NCBI GenBank assembly: GCA_965365485.1
Contig: CBDUBW010000001.1
Location: 1-45,518, forward strand
Reading direction: 5' to 3'
Source: an uncultured Aquisediminimonas sp.
Lineage (GTDB): Bacteria; Pseudomonadota; Alphaproteobacteria; Sphingomonadales; Sphingomonadaceae
Length of the DNA: 45,518 bases
The translations under genes were made by a program, and so were the position numbers. Below, piece after piece: positions 1 to 9,386 of this stretch (position 1 is the first letter of the stretch; every line of letters begins with the position of its first letter). The notes beneath the pieces are model-generated. The model had not been told where the DNA came from, did not search any database, and saw only the letters and a list, made by a program, of their open reading frames with translations.

Positions 1-500
1 CCGCAATGGACGAGCATCGATTGCAGATCGTCGAGATCGAGAAGCAGCAGCCCGTCCTTGTCAGCGACATGGAAGGCGATAGTCAGCACGCCTTCCTGCA
101 CTTCGTTGAGGTCCATCAGCCGCGAAAGCAGCAGCGGCCCCATCTCCGAAACGGTGGTGCGGATGGGGTGGCCCTGCTCTCCGAACAAATCCCAGAACTG
201 AACTGGATTGTCCTTATACGCCCAATCGCTCTGCCCGATCTCGGCGGCGCGCGCGGCGAAAATCTCGTGGGTTTTGCTCGTCGGGCTCCCCGCCATGCAG
301 AGGCCGGAAAGATCGCCCTTTACGTCGGCGACGAAGCTCGGCACGCCCACCGCGGAAAAGCCTTCGACAATCCCTTGCAGCGTCACCGTCTTGCCGGTGC
401 CAGTTGCGCCCGCGATCAGCCCGTGGCGATTGGCGCGCTTCAGGTTGAGAATTTGCGGCTGACCGCCGCCGCTGCCGATGAAGATGCCTTCTCCCGCCAT
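1..500 (-). CDS. HerA-like/DUF853 (YjgR-family) P-loop ATPase, N-terminal part; runs off the window edge and is missing from the ORF track
   Basis: Manual minus-strand translation from ATG at 500: [42 protein letters not shown]...DVKGDLSG...[18 protein letters not shown]. It has Walker A GATGTGKT and DUF853-type motifs, with a GGGGAG SD upstream. Confidence 0.88.
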   Translation of the reverse strand, partial: MAGEGIFIGSGGGQPQILNLKRANRHGLIAGATGTGKTVTLQGIVEGFSAVGVPSFVADVKGDLSGLCMAGSPTSKTHEIFAARAAEIGQSDWAYKDNPVQFWDLFGEQGHPIRTTVSEMGPLLLSRLMDLNEVQEGVLTIAFHVADKDGLLLLDLDDLQSMLVHC

Positions 501-534
501 AAAAAAGCTCCCCGCAGCGCTGGCTACGGGGAGC
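501..534 (-). terminator. Intrinsic terminator downstream of degP, overlapping the SD of the DUF853 gene
   Basis: Minus strand reads GCTCCCCGTAGC-CAGC-GCTGCGGGGAGC-TTTTTT: a 12-bp stem (one G-U), 4-nt loop and U6 tract, ~35 nt after the degP stop. Confidence 0.75.
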
Positions 535-569
535 GTTAGCGGGCTTGGCCGCAATCTCAAAGAGGGCGG

Positions 570-2105
570 TCAGCCCTGCTTGATCTTGACCGGCAGGTAG
601 CGCGCCGGATTGTTGCCGCGCTGGACATACAACAAAACAGTCTGGCGACCTGCCGCCTTCGCCGACGTGGCGGCAGCGGAAATATCGCTCGGCGTCAGCG
701 CCGGACGGTTGTTGACCGAAAGGATCACGTCGCCGCGTTGAAGCCCGCGCGCCGCGGCATCGCTCGACGGATCGACCGAGCCGATGACAACGCCGCGAAC
801 TGCGGTGCGAAGCCCGAGCTGGCGCTGAATCTCGGGCGTCAGCGGCATCACCGCGAGACCGAGCGAAGCCTTGGCGGCCTGCGCCGATTCGGTTTCGCCT
901 TCTGGATCGAGCCCCTGCTCGTCCGTTCCGAGTGCGGCGAGCCGTTCCTCGGACGGGCGCTCGCCGATCACGGCGGTGACCGTCTGGCGACGGCCGTCGC
1001 GAATGACCTCGATCGGCACGCGCGCGCCGACCTTCTGGTTGGCGACGAGATAGGACAAGGTTTCGTCCGGCGTCACCTCGCGGCCAGCGACGCGAACGAC
1101 GACGTCGCCCTGACGAATGCCGGCGCGGTCCGCTGCTTCACCCGGCTCGACGCGCGAGATCAGCTCGCCGCGATTCTTGGGCAGGCCGAGCGCATCGGCG
1201 GTGCCTTCGTCGAGCGGCTGGATGCCGACGCCGAGATAGCCGCGCTTGACGGTCGCGCCGCCGCGCAGCGTCTGCACGATCGGCCAGGCCTGCTCAGCCG
1301 GAATCGCGAAGCCGATGCCGACATTGCCACCCGTCGGTGAGAAGATCATCGTATTGATTCCGATGACGTTGCCGTTGAGATCGAACATCGGCCCGCCCGA
1401 ATTGCCCTGATTGATCGAGGCGTCGGTCTGGATGTAGCGGTCATAAGCGCCGCCCTGCCCCGTGACCCGGTGCAACGCGGAGACGACGCCGGCGGTCAAG
1501 GTGCCGCCGAGCCCGAAAGGATTGCCGATCGCGATCACCCAATCTCCGACGCGGGTGCGTTCGGAATCGCCGAATTTGACGAACGGCAGATTGGTGCCAT
1601 CGATCTTGAGCACGGCGAGGTCGGAGGCCGGATCGCGACCGACAACGCGCGCTGCATATTCCGTGCGATCGGGCAGGGTAACCTTGATCGAACTCACGAC
1701 CGAATTGTTGCGTGGGCCTTGGCCGCCGGCGATGACATGGTTGTTGGTGACGATATAGCCGTCAGGCGAAATAATGAACCCCGAGCCAAGCGATTGCGCC
1801 TCGCGCGTGATCGGTCCGCCGCCACCCCCGCGATTCCCGAAGAAATCGGCAAAGGGTGTGCCTTCGAACGGGTTGTTCTGCGAAACCTGAATCTTTTGCG
1901 TGGTGGATATGTTGACAACCGCGGGCTGCAGCTTCGCGGCGAGATCGGCAAAGCTCAAAGGCGCGCCCGGGCGGGGCGCAGTCGCAGCGCTCAGCGTGCC
2001 AGGCTCATTCTGCGCGGTTTGCGCGATCCCCGGGCTTTGCAGCGCGAGCGTGGCGGCCGTGCCGCCGAGAAGAAGTGCTGCGGTAATACCGTAAGCGTAA
2101 CGCAC
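570..2105 (-). CDS. degP: Do/DegP (HtrA)-family periplasmic serine protease with two PDZ domains
   Basis: Catalytic motifs TNNHV, DLAVL and GNSGGP; signal-peptide-like N-terminus; two C-terminal PDZ-like repeats. GTG start at 2105 follows GGAGG. Typical position downstream of hflKC. DegP vs DegQ is not resolved. Confidence 0.92.
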   Translation of the reverse strand: MRYAYGITAALLLGGTAATLALQSPGIAQTAQNEPGTLSAATAPRPGAPLSFADLAAKLQPAVVNISTTQKIQVSQNNPFEGTPFADFFGNRGGGGGPITREAQSLGSGFIISPDGYIVTNNHVIAGGQGPRNNSVVSSIKVTLPDRTEYAARVVGRDPASDLAVLKIDGTNLPFVKFGDSERTRVGDWVIAIGNPFGLGGTLTAGVVSALHRVTGQGGAYDRYIQTDASINQGNSGGPMFDLNGNVIGINTMIFSPTGGNVGIGFAIPAEQAWPIVQTLRGGATVKRGYLGVGIQPLDEGTADALGLPKNRGELISRVEPGEAADRAGIRQGDVVVRVAGREVTPDETLSYLVANQKVGARVPIEVIRDGRRQTVTAVIGERPSEERLAALGTDEQGLDPEGETESAQAAKASLGLAVMPLTPEIQRQLGLRTAVRGVVIGSVDPSSDAAARGLQRGDVILSVNNRPALTPSDISAAATSAKAAGRQTVLLYVQRGNNPARYLPVKIKQG

Positions 2106-2199
2106 GAAAAACCTCCAGATCGATATGGCCAATTTGGCCCTCATCCCCTCTTCACCTTGGGAAATGGTGGCTTAATGGGCTTTGAACAAGGGCCGTGCG

Positions 2200-3078
2200 C
2201 TATCGGACCCCGCGAAATTCGCGCAGATAATCGTTGCCGGGCGACATGATGATGTTGGTCGAGCCTTTGGTTTCGCCATTGACACCGAAGGTCTGCCGGT
2301 AAGACTGCATGGCGCGGTAAAAATCGTAGAATTCAGGATCCTTTCCGAAGGCGGCCGCATAGACCTGGCTGGCTCGCGCATCGGCCTCGGCGCGGATAAC
2401 CTGCGCCTGGCGGAAGCCGTCCGCCTCGATCGTAAGCGCTTCCTGCGTCCGCGCGGTGCGCATCCGGTCATAGGCTGAATCGAGCGGTGTTCCTTCGGGC
2501 AGGTCGGCGCGCTTGATCCGCACGTCGATGATCTCGGCGCCATATTGCCGCGCTACGCGGTTGAGCCCGGTCTGGATATTGTCCATCACTTGGCCCCGCT
2601 CTGGACTGAGCAGCGCCGCAAAGGGCCGCTTGCCGAGTTCATTGCGCAGCGCCGAACCGAGGATCGGGCGCAGCGCCTCCGCGACATTTTCGGTCGTCCG
2701 TGCCGAATTATACATGCGCAGCGGATCGACGATGCGGAAACGGGCATAGGCATCGACGTTAAGCCGCAGCTGATCGGTCGACAGCACCTGCTGCGGATCC
2801 ATATCGACATCCATGATCCGCTTGTCGATCCAGACCACCTCCTCGAAGAAGGGCAGCTTGGCGATCAGCCCGGCGCCGGTGCCGCCGAAGCTTTCGCGCG
2901 GATCGAAGCCGTTGACGATGCGATCGGCCTTGCCGAGGCGCAGGATCAGCCCCTGCCGCGTTTCGGGCACGACCGAAACGGTCGCAAACAGCATCACCAG
3001 CAGAAACAGAGCAATCGAAATCAGCGCGATCGGATTGCGCGCGATCTTCACGAAAGGAGAGGGGGAATCGTAACTCAC
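2200..3078 (-). CDS. hflC: FtsH protease modulator HflC (SPFH domain)
   Basis: N-terminal TM helix, DVRIKRADLP, and the C-terminal DPEFYDFYRAMQSY motif; start overlaps the hflK stop. Confidence 0.95.
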   Translation of the reverse strand: MSYDSPSPFVKIARNPIALISIALFLLVMLFATVSVVPETRQGLILRLGKADRIVNGFDPRESFGGTGAGLIAKLPFFEEVVWIDKRIMDVDMDPQQVLSTDQLRLNVDAYARFRIVDPLRMYNSARTTENVAEALRPILGSALRNELGKRPFAALLSPERGQVMDNIQTGLNRVARQYGAEIIDVRIKRADLPEGTPLDSAYDRMRTARTQEALTIEADGFRQAQVIRAEADARASQVYAAAFGKDPEFYDFYRAMQSYRQTFGVNGETKGSTNIIMSPGNDYLREFRGVR

Positions 3079-4175
3079 TTGGCGGGTTCCTCGGCGACAC
3101 GCGGCGGATTGGCACCGCGCAGCGGCAGATAGGGCGCGATGTTGCTCGGCTCGACGATGGTCTTGTCGGTATTGGCGAGCACCGCCTCCATCGTTTCGTA
3201 ATACATGCGCCGCCGCGTCACGCCCGGGGCGAGCTTATACTGTTCATAGACCTTGTCGAATGCGGCAGCCTCACCCTGCGCACGCGACAAAATCTGCTGC
3301 GCGTAGGTGTTGGCGTTGTTGATATTGGCCTGCTTTGTCTGTTGCGCCGAGGTCACCGATTTGAAAGCCTCGTTGACGACAGCTGGCGGATCGGCCTGCT
3401 TGATCGCGACGCCGCGCACAGAAACGCCAGCCTTGTAATCGTTGAGCAGCGTCTGCATCCGCGACGCGACCTGCTGCTCGATCTGGCTGCGCCTCGGCCC
3501 GAAGGCGTCGGTCAGCGTCACCGTGCTCATCACCTCGCGCATCGCGCTTTCGGCGACTTCGCGGATCGTGCGTTCGGGATCGGCAAGCTGGAAAAGATAG
3601 AATTCGGGATAGCGTACGCCCCAGCGCACCGAATAGGCTAGATCGACCAGATTCTGATCGCCGGTCAGAATCAGATTCTCGCCCGATCCTTCGGGAATAT
3701 CGATCGATTTGATCGCCTGGACATCGACCTTCTGAACGCGATCGATCGGCGACGGCAGCGTCATGCCGATGCCCGGATCGAGCTTGCCCGCAAATTTGCC
3801 GAAGCGGGTGATGACGCCTTGTTCCTGCGGGCCGATGCGATGAAAACTGGTGAAGACCAGCCAGATCGCGATGAAGGCGAGAATGCCGTATTTGATCAGC
3901 GCGACGTTGTTGCGCTGCCCGCCGCCCGGAGCATTGCCCCCAAACAGCTCGCGCAGCTTAACCGAAGCGATGTCCGCCGCCGACGGTCCACGATTGGGCC
4001 GGCGGGGACCGCCGCCGCCGGGAGGACGGCTCCATGGGTTGCGGGGTCCGCCGCCATTGTCTCCGCCGCCGCCCGAATCGCCGCCGCCGGACCCGCCACC
4101 GCGTTTTCCGCCCCAGGGGCCGCCATCGTTCCAAAGCCCCGCGGCGCGCGCGCGCCAGCCCGTGATCCTGTCCAT
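3075..4175 (-). CDS. hflK: FtsH protease modulator HflK
   Basis: Gly-rich N-terminus with GPWG/RNPW, a TM helix, LTGDQNLVD, and APGVTRRRMYYETME. Start is uncertain (4175 or 4193). Confidence 0.93.
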   Translation of the reverse strand: MDRITGWRARAAGLWNDGGPWGGKRGGGSGGGDSGGGGDNGGGPRNPWSRPPGGGGPRRPNRGPSAADIASVKLRELFGGNAPGGGQRNNVALIKYGILAFIAIWLVFTSFHRIGPQEQGVITRFGKFAGKLDPGIGMTLPSPIDRVQKVDVQAIKSIDIPEGSGENLILTGDQNLVDLAYSVRWGVRYPEFYLFQLADPERTIREVAESAMREVMSTVTLTDAFGPRRSQIEQQVASRMQTLLNDYKAGVSVRGVAIKQADPPAVVNEAFKSVTSAQQTKQANINNANTYAQQILSRAQGEAAAFDKVYEQYKLAPGVTRRRMYYETMEAVLANTDKTIVEPSNIAPYLPLRGANPPRVAEEPAK

Positions 4176-4333
4176 ATCAGCCTTTATAGGCATGACCGCG
4201 CCTGAAAAACAGGGGGTGGCCGCGGCGAAGGTGGTGAACGGCGCACGACGCCTGTCGAACACTCGGACCCGTTCATCGAAGCCGGTCGCCAAAGGCTCGC
4301 AATCCCGCTAACGGCCCGCGCGGGAGGGGGGGT

Positions 4334-6415
4334 TTGTCATTGCGAGCAACCGTTGCGGCTATTGCGCTGATCGCGCCTGTGATCGCGCACGCCCAAGCAA
4401 TCGAGTCCGCGCCGTCGTCCCAGACGATCGCCACGACGCGCAGCTTCCCGCCCGAATTCTTCGCGGCCTACGCCCCCGTGACCGCGCTCGATATGGTCGA
4501 ACGCCTTCCCGGATTCACGATCGAGGAGAATGACGACCGCCGCGGCTTCGGCGAAAATCTGATCAACGTGTTGATCGACGGCGACCGGCCATCGACGAAA
4601 TCGGAAACGCTGCGGCAGATTCTCGCGCGCATCCCAGCTACCCAAGTCGATCGCATCGAATTGAGCGAACAGGCTGGCGCCGATGGCGAGACGCGCGGCG
4701 TCGGCCAAGTCGTCAATGTCGTTCGAAAGACAGGCAGTGCGCTGAGCGGCACTTATGAGGGCAACGTCCGCTTCGGCACGCGTTACGGCGTCACCGGTTT
4801 CACCACTGCATCAGCGACGCTCAAGCGCGGCGTCACTACCTACGAACTCAACGCCAACTCATTCAACGAAAAGGTCCAGGGTCGTGGACCTGAAGACTTC
4901 AAGGACGGCGCGCGGTCACTCGTCGAACGCCGCTTCTATGTCGGGCGCGGCCGCTTCGAGGAGCACAGCGTCGGCGCCGCGATCAAAACCCGCGCCGGTG
5001 CGGTCAAGATCAACGCCAATGCCAAGTTCGTTCTGCGCGACGGCATCGACCGCCGCTTCGGCGATTACAGCGATCAAACCGGTGCCCCGAGCGGCAGCGA
5101 AAGGCTTTTCACCGATCAGCCGCGGCGCGACCCGACCTACGAGCTTGGAGTCGACGTCGAATTCCCGCTCGCGCGCAATCTCAACACCAAGCTGATCGGT
5201 CTCTATCGCTTCGGCGAAGAGAATCTCGACGCGTTTCTCGAGCAGGTCAGGCCAGCTGCGCCGGCCGACCTGTTTGTCACGCGCAGCCGCAATCGTCCGG
5301 CCGAGGGCGTGTTCCGCGCGCAGAACGATTTCAGCGGCATCGCGAATCACGCGATCCAGTTCGGCGCCGAGCTCGCCTACAATCGTCTCGACGCCGCGTT
5401 CGCCGGTCTCAGCGTCCTCGGCGGTGCGTCGTCGCCATCGCGGTTCGACGTGCTGGTACGCGAAACCCGGTTCGAGCCTTTCATATCCGACGTCTGGACG
5501 CTGGGACCGAAATGGAAGCTCGAAGCCGGCGTGATCGGCGAAATTTCAAGGCTGCGGCTCACCGGCGACGGCCAGGCCCGGCGAAACTTCCAATTCGCCA
5601 AGCCACGCCTCATCGCGACCTGGACGGCGTCGCCCGAAACGACCTTCGAGTTCCGCGCCGAAAACCAGGTAGCCCAGCTCGATTTCGATGAGTTCGCGAC
5701 TTCGGTCGATCTCGCCCAGGGCAATCAGGTCGATCGCGGCAACAGCGATCTCGTTCCCGAAAAGACCTGGACGCTGTCGGCGCTGATCCGTCGCAAGTTC
5801 TTCGATCGCGGCAGCATCCAGCTCCTCGGCTCCTACGTTTTCGTCAGCGACACCCAGGATCTCGTGCCCGTCGATCTCGGCGGGGGCGTCTTCGTCGACG
5901 GCGCGGGCAATATCGGCAGCAGCCGCCGCTGGAACGCCGAGCTCGACATCACGCTCCCGTTGGACTGGGCGACCGCATCGATCGGCATCCGCGGCATGGA
6001 GATCAAATATATCGGCCATTATCATGGCAGCCGCGTGACCGACCCCGTCACCGGGGAAAGGCGCCGGCGGTCGTTCACGCCCGAATGGCATCAGGATTTC
6101 ATCTTTCGGCACGACATCGCCAAGGCGGGGATCGCCTACGGCTTCACGGTCCGCGCCTCTGCCCCCAACAACGCCTATTTCGTCAATCTGCTGCGATCGG
6201 AGATCGACCTGCCCGACGTCGACGAGGCGTTTATCGAGTATCGCAAGCTCAAGATCGGAACGATCAGGCTCAGCGTTATCGATCTGAACCACCGCTTCGA
6301 GCGCAGCCGGTATTTTTATGCGGGAACGCGTGCTTCGGGCGTGATCACCGACATCATCGACCGCCGCCGTACTCTCGAGCCACGCATCCAGATCGGTCTT
6401 GCAGGCAAGTTCTGA
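4334..6415 (+). CDS. TonB-dependent receptor-like outer membrane beta-barrel protein
   Basis: Signal peptide ending AHA; plug-like TALDMVERLPGF, NVLIDGDR, VDRIEL and VVNVV; GNSDLVPEK; C-terminal GLAGKF. TTG start follows GGAGG. Confidence 0.85.
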   Translation: MSLRATVAAIALIAPVIAHAQAIESAPSSQTIATTRSFPPEFFAAYAPVTALDMVERLPGFTIEENDDRRGFGENLINVLIDGDRPSTKSETLRQILARIPATQVDRIELSEQAGADGETRGVGQVVNVVRKTGSALSGTYEGNVRFGTRYGVTGFTTASATLKRGVTTYELNANSFNEKVQGRGPEDFKDGARSLVERRFYVGRGRFEEHSVGAAIKTRAGAVKINANAKFVLRDGIDRRFGDYSDQTGAPSGSERLFTDQPRRDPTYELGVDVEFPLARNLNTKLIGLYRFGEENLDAFLEQVRPAAPADLFVTRSRNRPAEGVFRAQNDFSGIANHAIQFGAELAYNRLDAAFAGLSVLGGASSPSRFDVLVRETRFEPFISDVWTLGPKWKLEAGVIGEISRLRLTGDGQARRNFQFAKPRLIATWTASPETTFEFRAENQVAQLDFDEFATSVDLAQGNQVDRGNSDLVPEKTWTLSALIRRKFFDRGSIQLLGSYVFVSDTQDLVPVDLGGGVFVDGAGNIGSSRRWNAELDITLPLDWATASIGIRGMEIKYIGHYHGSRVTDPVTGERRRRSFTPEWHQDFIFRHDIAKAGIAYGFTVRASAPNNAYFVNLLRSEIDLPDVDEAFIEYRKLKIGTIRLSVIDLNHRFERSRYFYAGTRASGVITDIIDRRRTLEPRIQIGLAGKF

Positions 6416-6434
6416 CGCGCATAGCGCTGACGCG

Positions 6435-7430
6435 ATGACCGACATCGCCACCCTCTCCGCCGCGCTTGATGCCGTACAGGACCCGCTCGGCAAAGGCGGG
6501 CTGATCGCATCGGGGCGCGTGTCGGCGCCGCGCTTCAGCGAAGGTCGGGCGAGTGTGATCCTCGATGTCACCGGGCTCGACGGGCGGCAACGTCAGGCAT
6601 TGGATGGCGCGGTTCATGCCGCACTGAAGCAAGTCGCGGGTGTGACCGACGTTCGCGTCGCGATGACCTCGCAGAAAGCAGGACGGCGGCTGATCGCGGT
6701 CGGCAGCGGCAAGGGCGGGGTCGGCAAATCGACGCTCTCCGCCAATCTCGCGATCGCGCTGGCGCGGATGGGCCGCAAGGTCGCGCTGATCGACGCCGAT
6801 ATTTATGGCCCCTCGCAGCCGCGGCTGATGGACACCGAAGGCGCGCGGCCCGAAGCGCGCGATCAGAAGCTGCAGCCGGTCCGAACGCGCTTCGGCGTGC
6901 CGATGCTGTCGATGGGGCATCTCGTTCCCGGCGGTCAGGCGATCGCATGGCGCGGGCCGATGGCAGGCAACGCGCTCGGGCAGTTGATCGACGCCGATTG
7001 GGGTGACCGCGATCTGCTCATCGTCGATCTGCCTCCCGGCACCGGCGACGTCCAGCTCTCGATGATCCAGAAGCACAAGCCGGTGGGCGCGGTCATCGTC
7101 TCGACGCCGCAAGACCTTGCGCTGATGGACGCCGCCCGAGCGATCGACCTGTTCCGGCAATCGACGATCCCTATCATCGGTCTCATCGAGAATATGGCGG
7201 GCTATGCCTGCCCCAAATGCGGAGAGATTTCGGATCCGTTCGGCAGCGGCGGCGCAGAAGCGGCGGCGAAGGAAATGGGCTATCCGTTTCTCGGCCGGGT
7301 GCCGCTCGACATCGCGATCCGCACCGCCTCCGACGCCGGCAATCCTCCTGCGGCGGACGGCGGACCGTCCGCCACGGCCTTCAACGCGATTGCGGCGCGG
7401 TTGGGGGACTGGCTCGACGAGCAGGAGTGA
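6435..7430 (+). CDS. apbC: Mrp/NBP35 family ATP-binding Fe-S carrier protein
   Basis: GSGKGGVGKST, DADIYGPS, DLPPGTGD, STPQ and ENM..CPKC motifs. Confidence 0.93.
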   Translation: MTDIATLSAALDAVQDPLGKGGLIASGRVSAPRFSEGRASVILDVTGLDGRQRQALDGAVHAALKQVAGVTDVRVAMTSQKAGRRLIAVGSGKGGVGKSTLSANLAIALARMGRKVALIDADIYGPSQPRLMDTEGARPEARDQKLQPVRTRFGVPMLSMGHLVPGGQAIAWRGPMAGNALGQLIDADWGDRDLLIVDLPPGTGDVQLSMIQKHKPVGAVIVSTPQDLALMDAARAIDLFRQSTIPIIGLIENMAGYACPKCGEISDPFGSGGAEAAAKEMGYPFLGRVPLDIAIRTASDAGNPPAADGGPSATAFNAIAARLGDWLDEQE

Positions 7431-7442
7431 AGGAGGGAACCA

Positions 7443-8021
7443 ATGCGTTTGATCAAGGCTTTGGTCGCCACGATGCTGACGGCATCCCCAGCGTTCGCTG
7501 CCCCGCCGGGCGAGAGACCGATGGAGCGGCGCGAAGCCGTCGAACGCGCGGTCACGCAACCGCTTTCGGACGTCAACATCAAGCGTCGTGATATTCCACC
7601 CGCGCTGATCGCGATCCGCGACAATCCATATAGTCTTGAAGGCATTGCCAGCTGCAACGATCTCATCGACGCGATCAGGCAGCTTGACGCCGTGCTCGGT
7701 GCCGATTTCGATCAAGTCAGCTTCGCCGATCGCGCGCAGAAGCGGCGCGAGACCGCGTCCGGACTGGCGGGCGGAATCGTCTCGAGCCTGATTCCGTTTC
7801 GTGCGCTGGTCCGCGAGGTTTCGGGCGCCAACAAATCTGAAAACGAGTTTCGCGCGGCGATCTATGCAGGCGTGGTGCGCCGCGGTTTCCTGAAAGGCTA
7901 TGGTCAGATGCGCCGCTGCAAGCCCCCGGGCCGACCGCTCACCGAACGCGAACAAGCGAGCCAGGCAGCGACAATCATCGCTACCGACGCGGCACTGCTC
8001 AGCGAGGAGGACGATAAGTGA
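7443..8021 (+). CDS. Hypothetical exported protein
   Basis: Strong SD (AAGGAGGG), signal peptide ending AFA, two Cys residues; stop overlaps the next start (GTGA). Confidence 0.75.
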   Translation: MRLIKALVATMLTASPAFAAPPGERPMERREAVERAVTQPLSDVNIKRRDIPPALIAIRDNPYSLEGIASCNDLIDAIRQLDAVLGADFDQVSFADRAQKRRETASGLAGGIVSSLIPFRALVREVSGANKSENEFRAAIYAGVVRRGFLKGYGQMRRCKPPGRPLTEREQASQAATIIATDAALLSEEDDK

Positions 8022-8446
8022 CTTTGGAACGTGGCGAAGAAATTGCCGCTCTGCTCGACGAAACCCGCACCATTGCGCTGGTCGGCGCATCGGCAAATCC
8101 GGCACGCGCGAGCCACGGCGTGATGCGTTTCCTGCAGAATCACGGCTATCGGGTCACCCCGGTCAATCCGGGGCTCGCGGGGCAAACTCTGCTTGGCCAA
8201 ACCGTGGTCGCGACGCTCGCCGAGGCGGGCCCTGTCGACATGGTCGATATCTTTCGCAACTCGGATGCTGCAGGGCCGGTCGTCGATGAAGCGATCGCGG
8301 CGGGCGCAAAATCGGTGTGGATGCAATTGGGCGTGGTGAATAAGGGCGCCGCCGAGCGGGCCGAGGCGAGCGGCCTCAAGGTAGTCATGGATCGCTGCCC
8401 GAAAATTGAGGTCGCGCGGTTGGGACTTTCGCCAATTGTCCAGTGA
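8018..8446 (+). CDS. CoA-binding protein (YccU-like)
   Basis: [32 protein letters not shown] and VVMDRC motifs. Confidence 0.92.
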   Translation: MTLERGEEIAALLDETRTIALVGASANPARASHGVMRFLQNHGYRVTPVNPGLAGQTLLGQTVVATLAEAGPVDMVDIFRNSDAAGPVVDEAIAAGAKSVWMQLGVVNKGAAERAEASGLKVVMDRCPKIEVARLGLSPIVQ

Positions 8447-8654
8447 CAACTTGACAATTGTGAGAAAACTCCTATTTAGGTGAAGGCCCACTGGATCTAG
8501 ATCGAAAAACAATTGCCTAATTTTATCGGAACCGTTCACCGATGGAAAAGCTCTGTTCAACGCAATTTCGCGGTACCGCTACGTGAACTTTGTCTCCCGA
8601 GGGAGACAATCCTGTGCCTTCCCCCGCGAGCCAGATGCGCTTAATGCCCGCGCG

Positions 8655-9386
8655 ATGAACGACACCGTTGCCTTCGGCTATCAGGAGGTCAGCCCCCCTG
8701 AAAAGACGCGCCGCGTGGGCCAGGTCTTCAGTTCGGTCGCGAAGAATTACGACCTCATGAACGACGCCATGTCGGCCGGCATGCACAGGCTTTGGAAGGA
8801 TCGCTTCGTCCGTCGCGTCAAACCGCGCGCAGGCGAACATATTCTCGACATGGCGGGCGGCACCGGGGACATTGCCTTCCGCATGCAGACCGCTGGCGCA
8901 CTGGTGACGGTCGCTGATATCAATCCCGACATGCTCGATGTCGGCATGGAACGCGCCGCCGAGCGTGAGATTGGCGGGCTAAGCTGGTCGGAGCAGAATG
9001 CCGAAAGCCTGAGCTTCGACGATCGCGGCTTCGATGCCTATACGATCGCCTTCGGCATCAGGAACGTCACCCATATCGACCGCGCGCTGTCGGAGGCGCA
9101 CCGCGTCCTGAAACGCGGCGGGCGCTTCTTCTGCCTCGAATTCTCGACGACGCTTTGGCCCGGCTTCGCCGAACTCTACGATGCCTATTCGCACCGAATC
9201 GTTCCCAAGCTGGGCAAGGCGCTGGCCGGCGACGAGGGCAGCTATCGCTACCTGATCGAATCGATCCGTCGTTTTCCCGATATGCCGCGCTTCGAAGCGA
9301 TGATCCGCGATGCAGGCTTCGTCCGCACAAAAGTCGAGCCCATGCTCGGCGGGCTGGTAGCGATACACAGCGGCTGGAAGATTTGA
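8655..9386 (+). CDS. ubiE: Ubiquinone/menaquinone biosynthesis C-methyltransferase
   Basis: VFSSVAKNYDLMNDAMSAGMHRLWK, LDMAGGTGD, AFGIRNVT and YLIESIRRFP; adjacent to ubiB. Confidence 0.95.
   Translation: MNDTVAFGYQEVSPPEKTRRVGQVFSSVAKNYDLMNDAMSAGMHRLWKDRFVRRVKPRAGEHILDMAGGTGDIAFRMQTAGALVTVADINPDMLDVGMERAAEREIGGLSWSEQNAESLSFDDRGFDAYTIAFGIRNVTHIDRALSEAHRVLKRGGRFFCLEFSTTLWPGFAELYDAYSHRIVPKLGKALAGDEGSYRYLIESIRRFPDMPRFEAMIRDAGFVRTKVEPMLGGLVAIHSGWKI

Noticed and set aside
6-539. 177-aa plus-strand ORF in the ORF track
   Set aside because: It is the antisense shadow of the minus-strand DUF853 ATPase, which has a clear Walker A motif and SD.
3990-4130. (CCG)n-rich repeats
   Set aside because: They encode the ordinary Gly-rich N-terminal linker of HflK and are not a repeat element.
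6354-8105. 583-aa minus-strand ORF and similar long antisense ORFs (5546-6571, 28121-29242, 42600-43733)
   Set aside because: They overlap well-supported genes on the opposite strand, have no recognisable motifs, and are expected in high-GC DNA.
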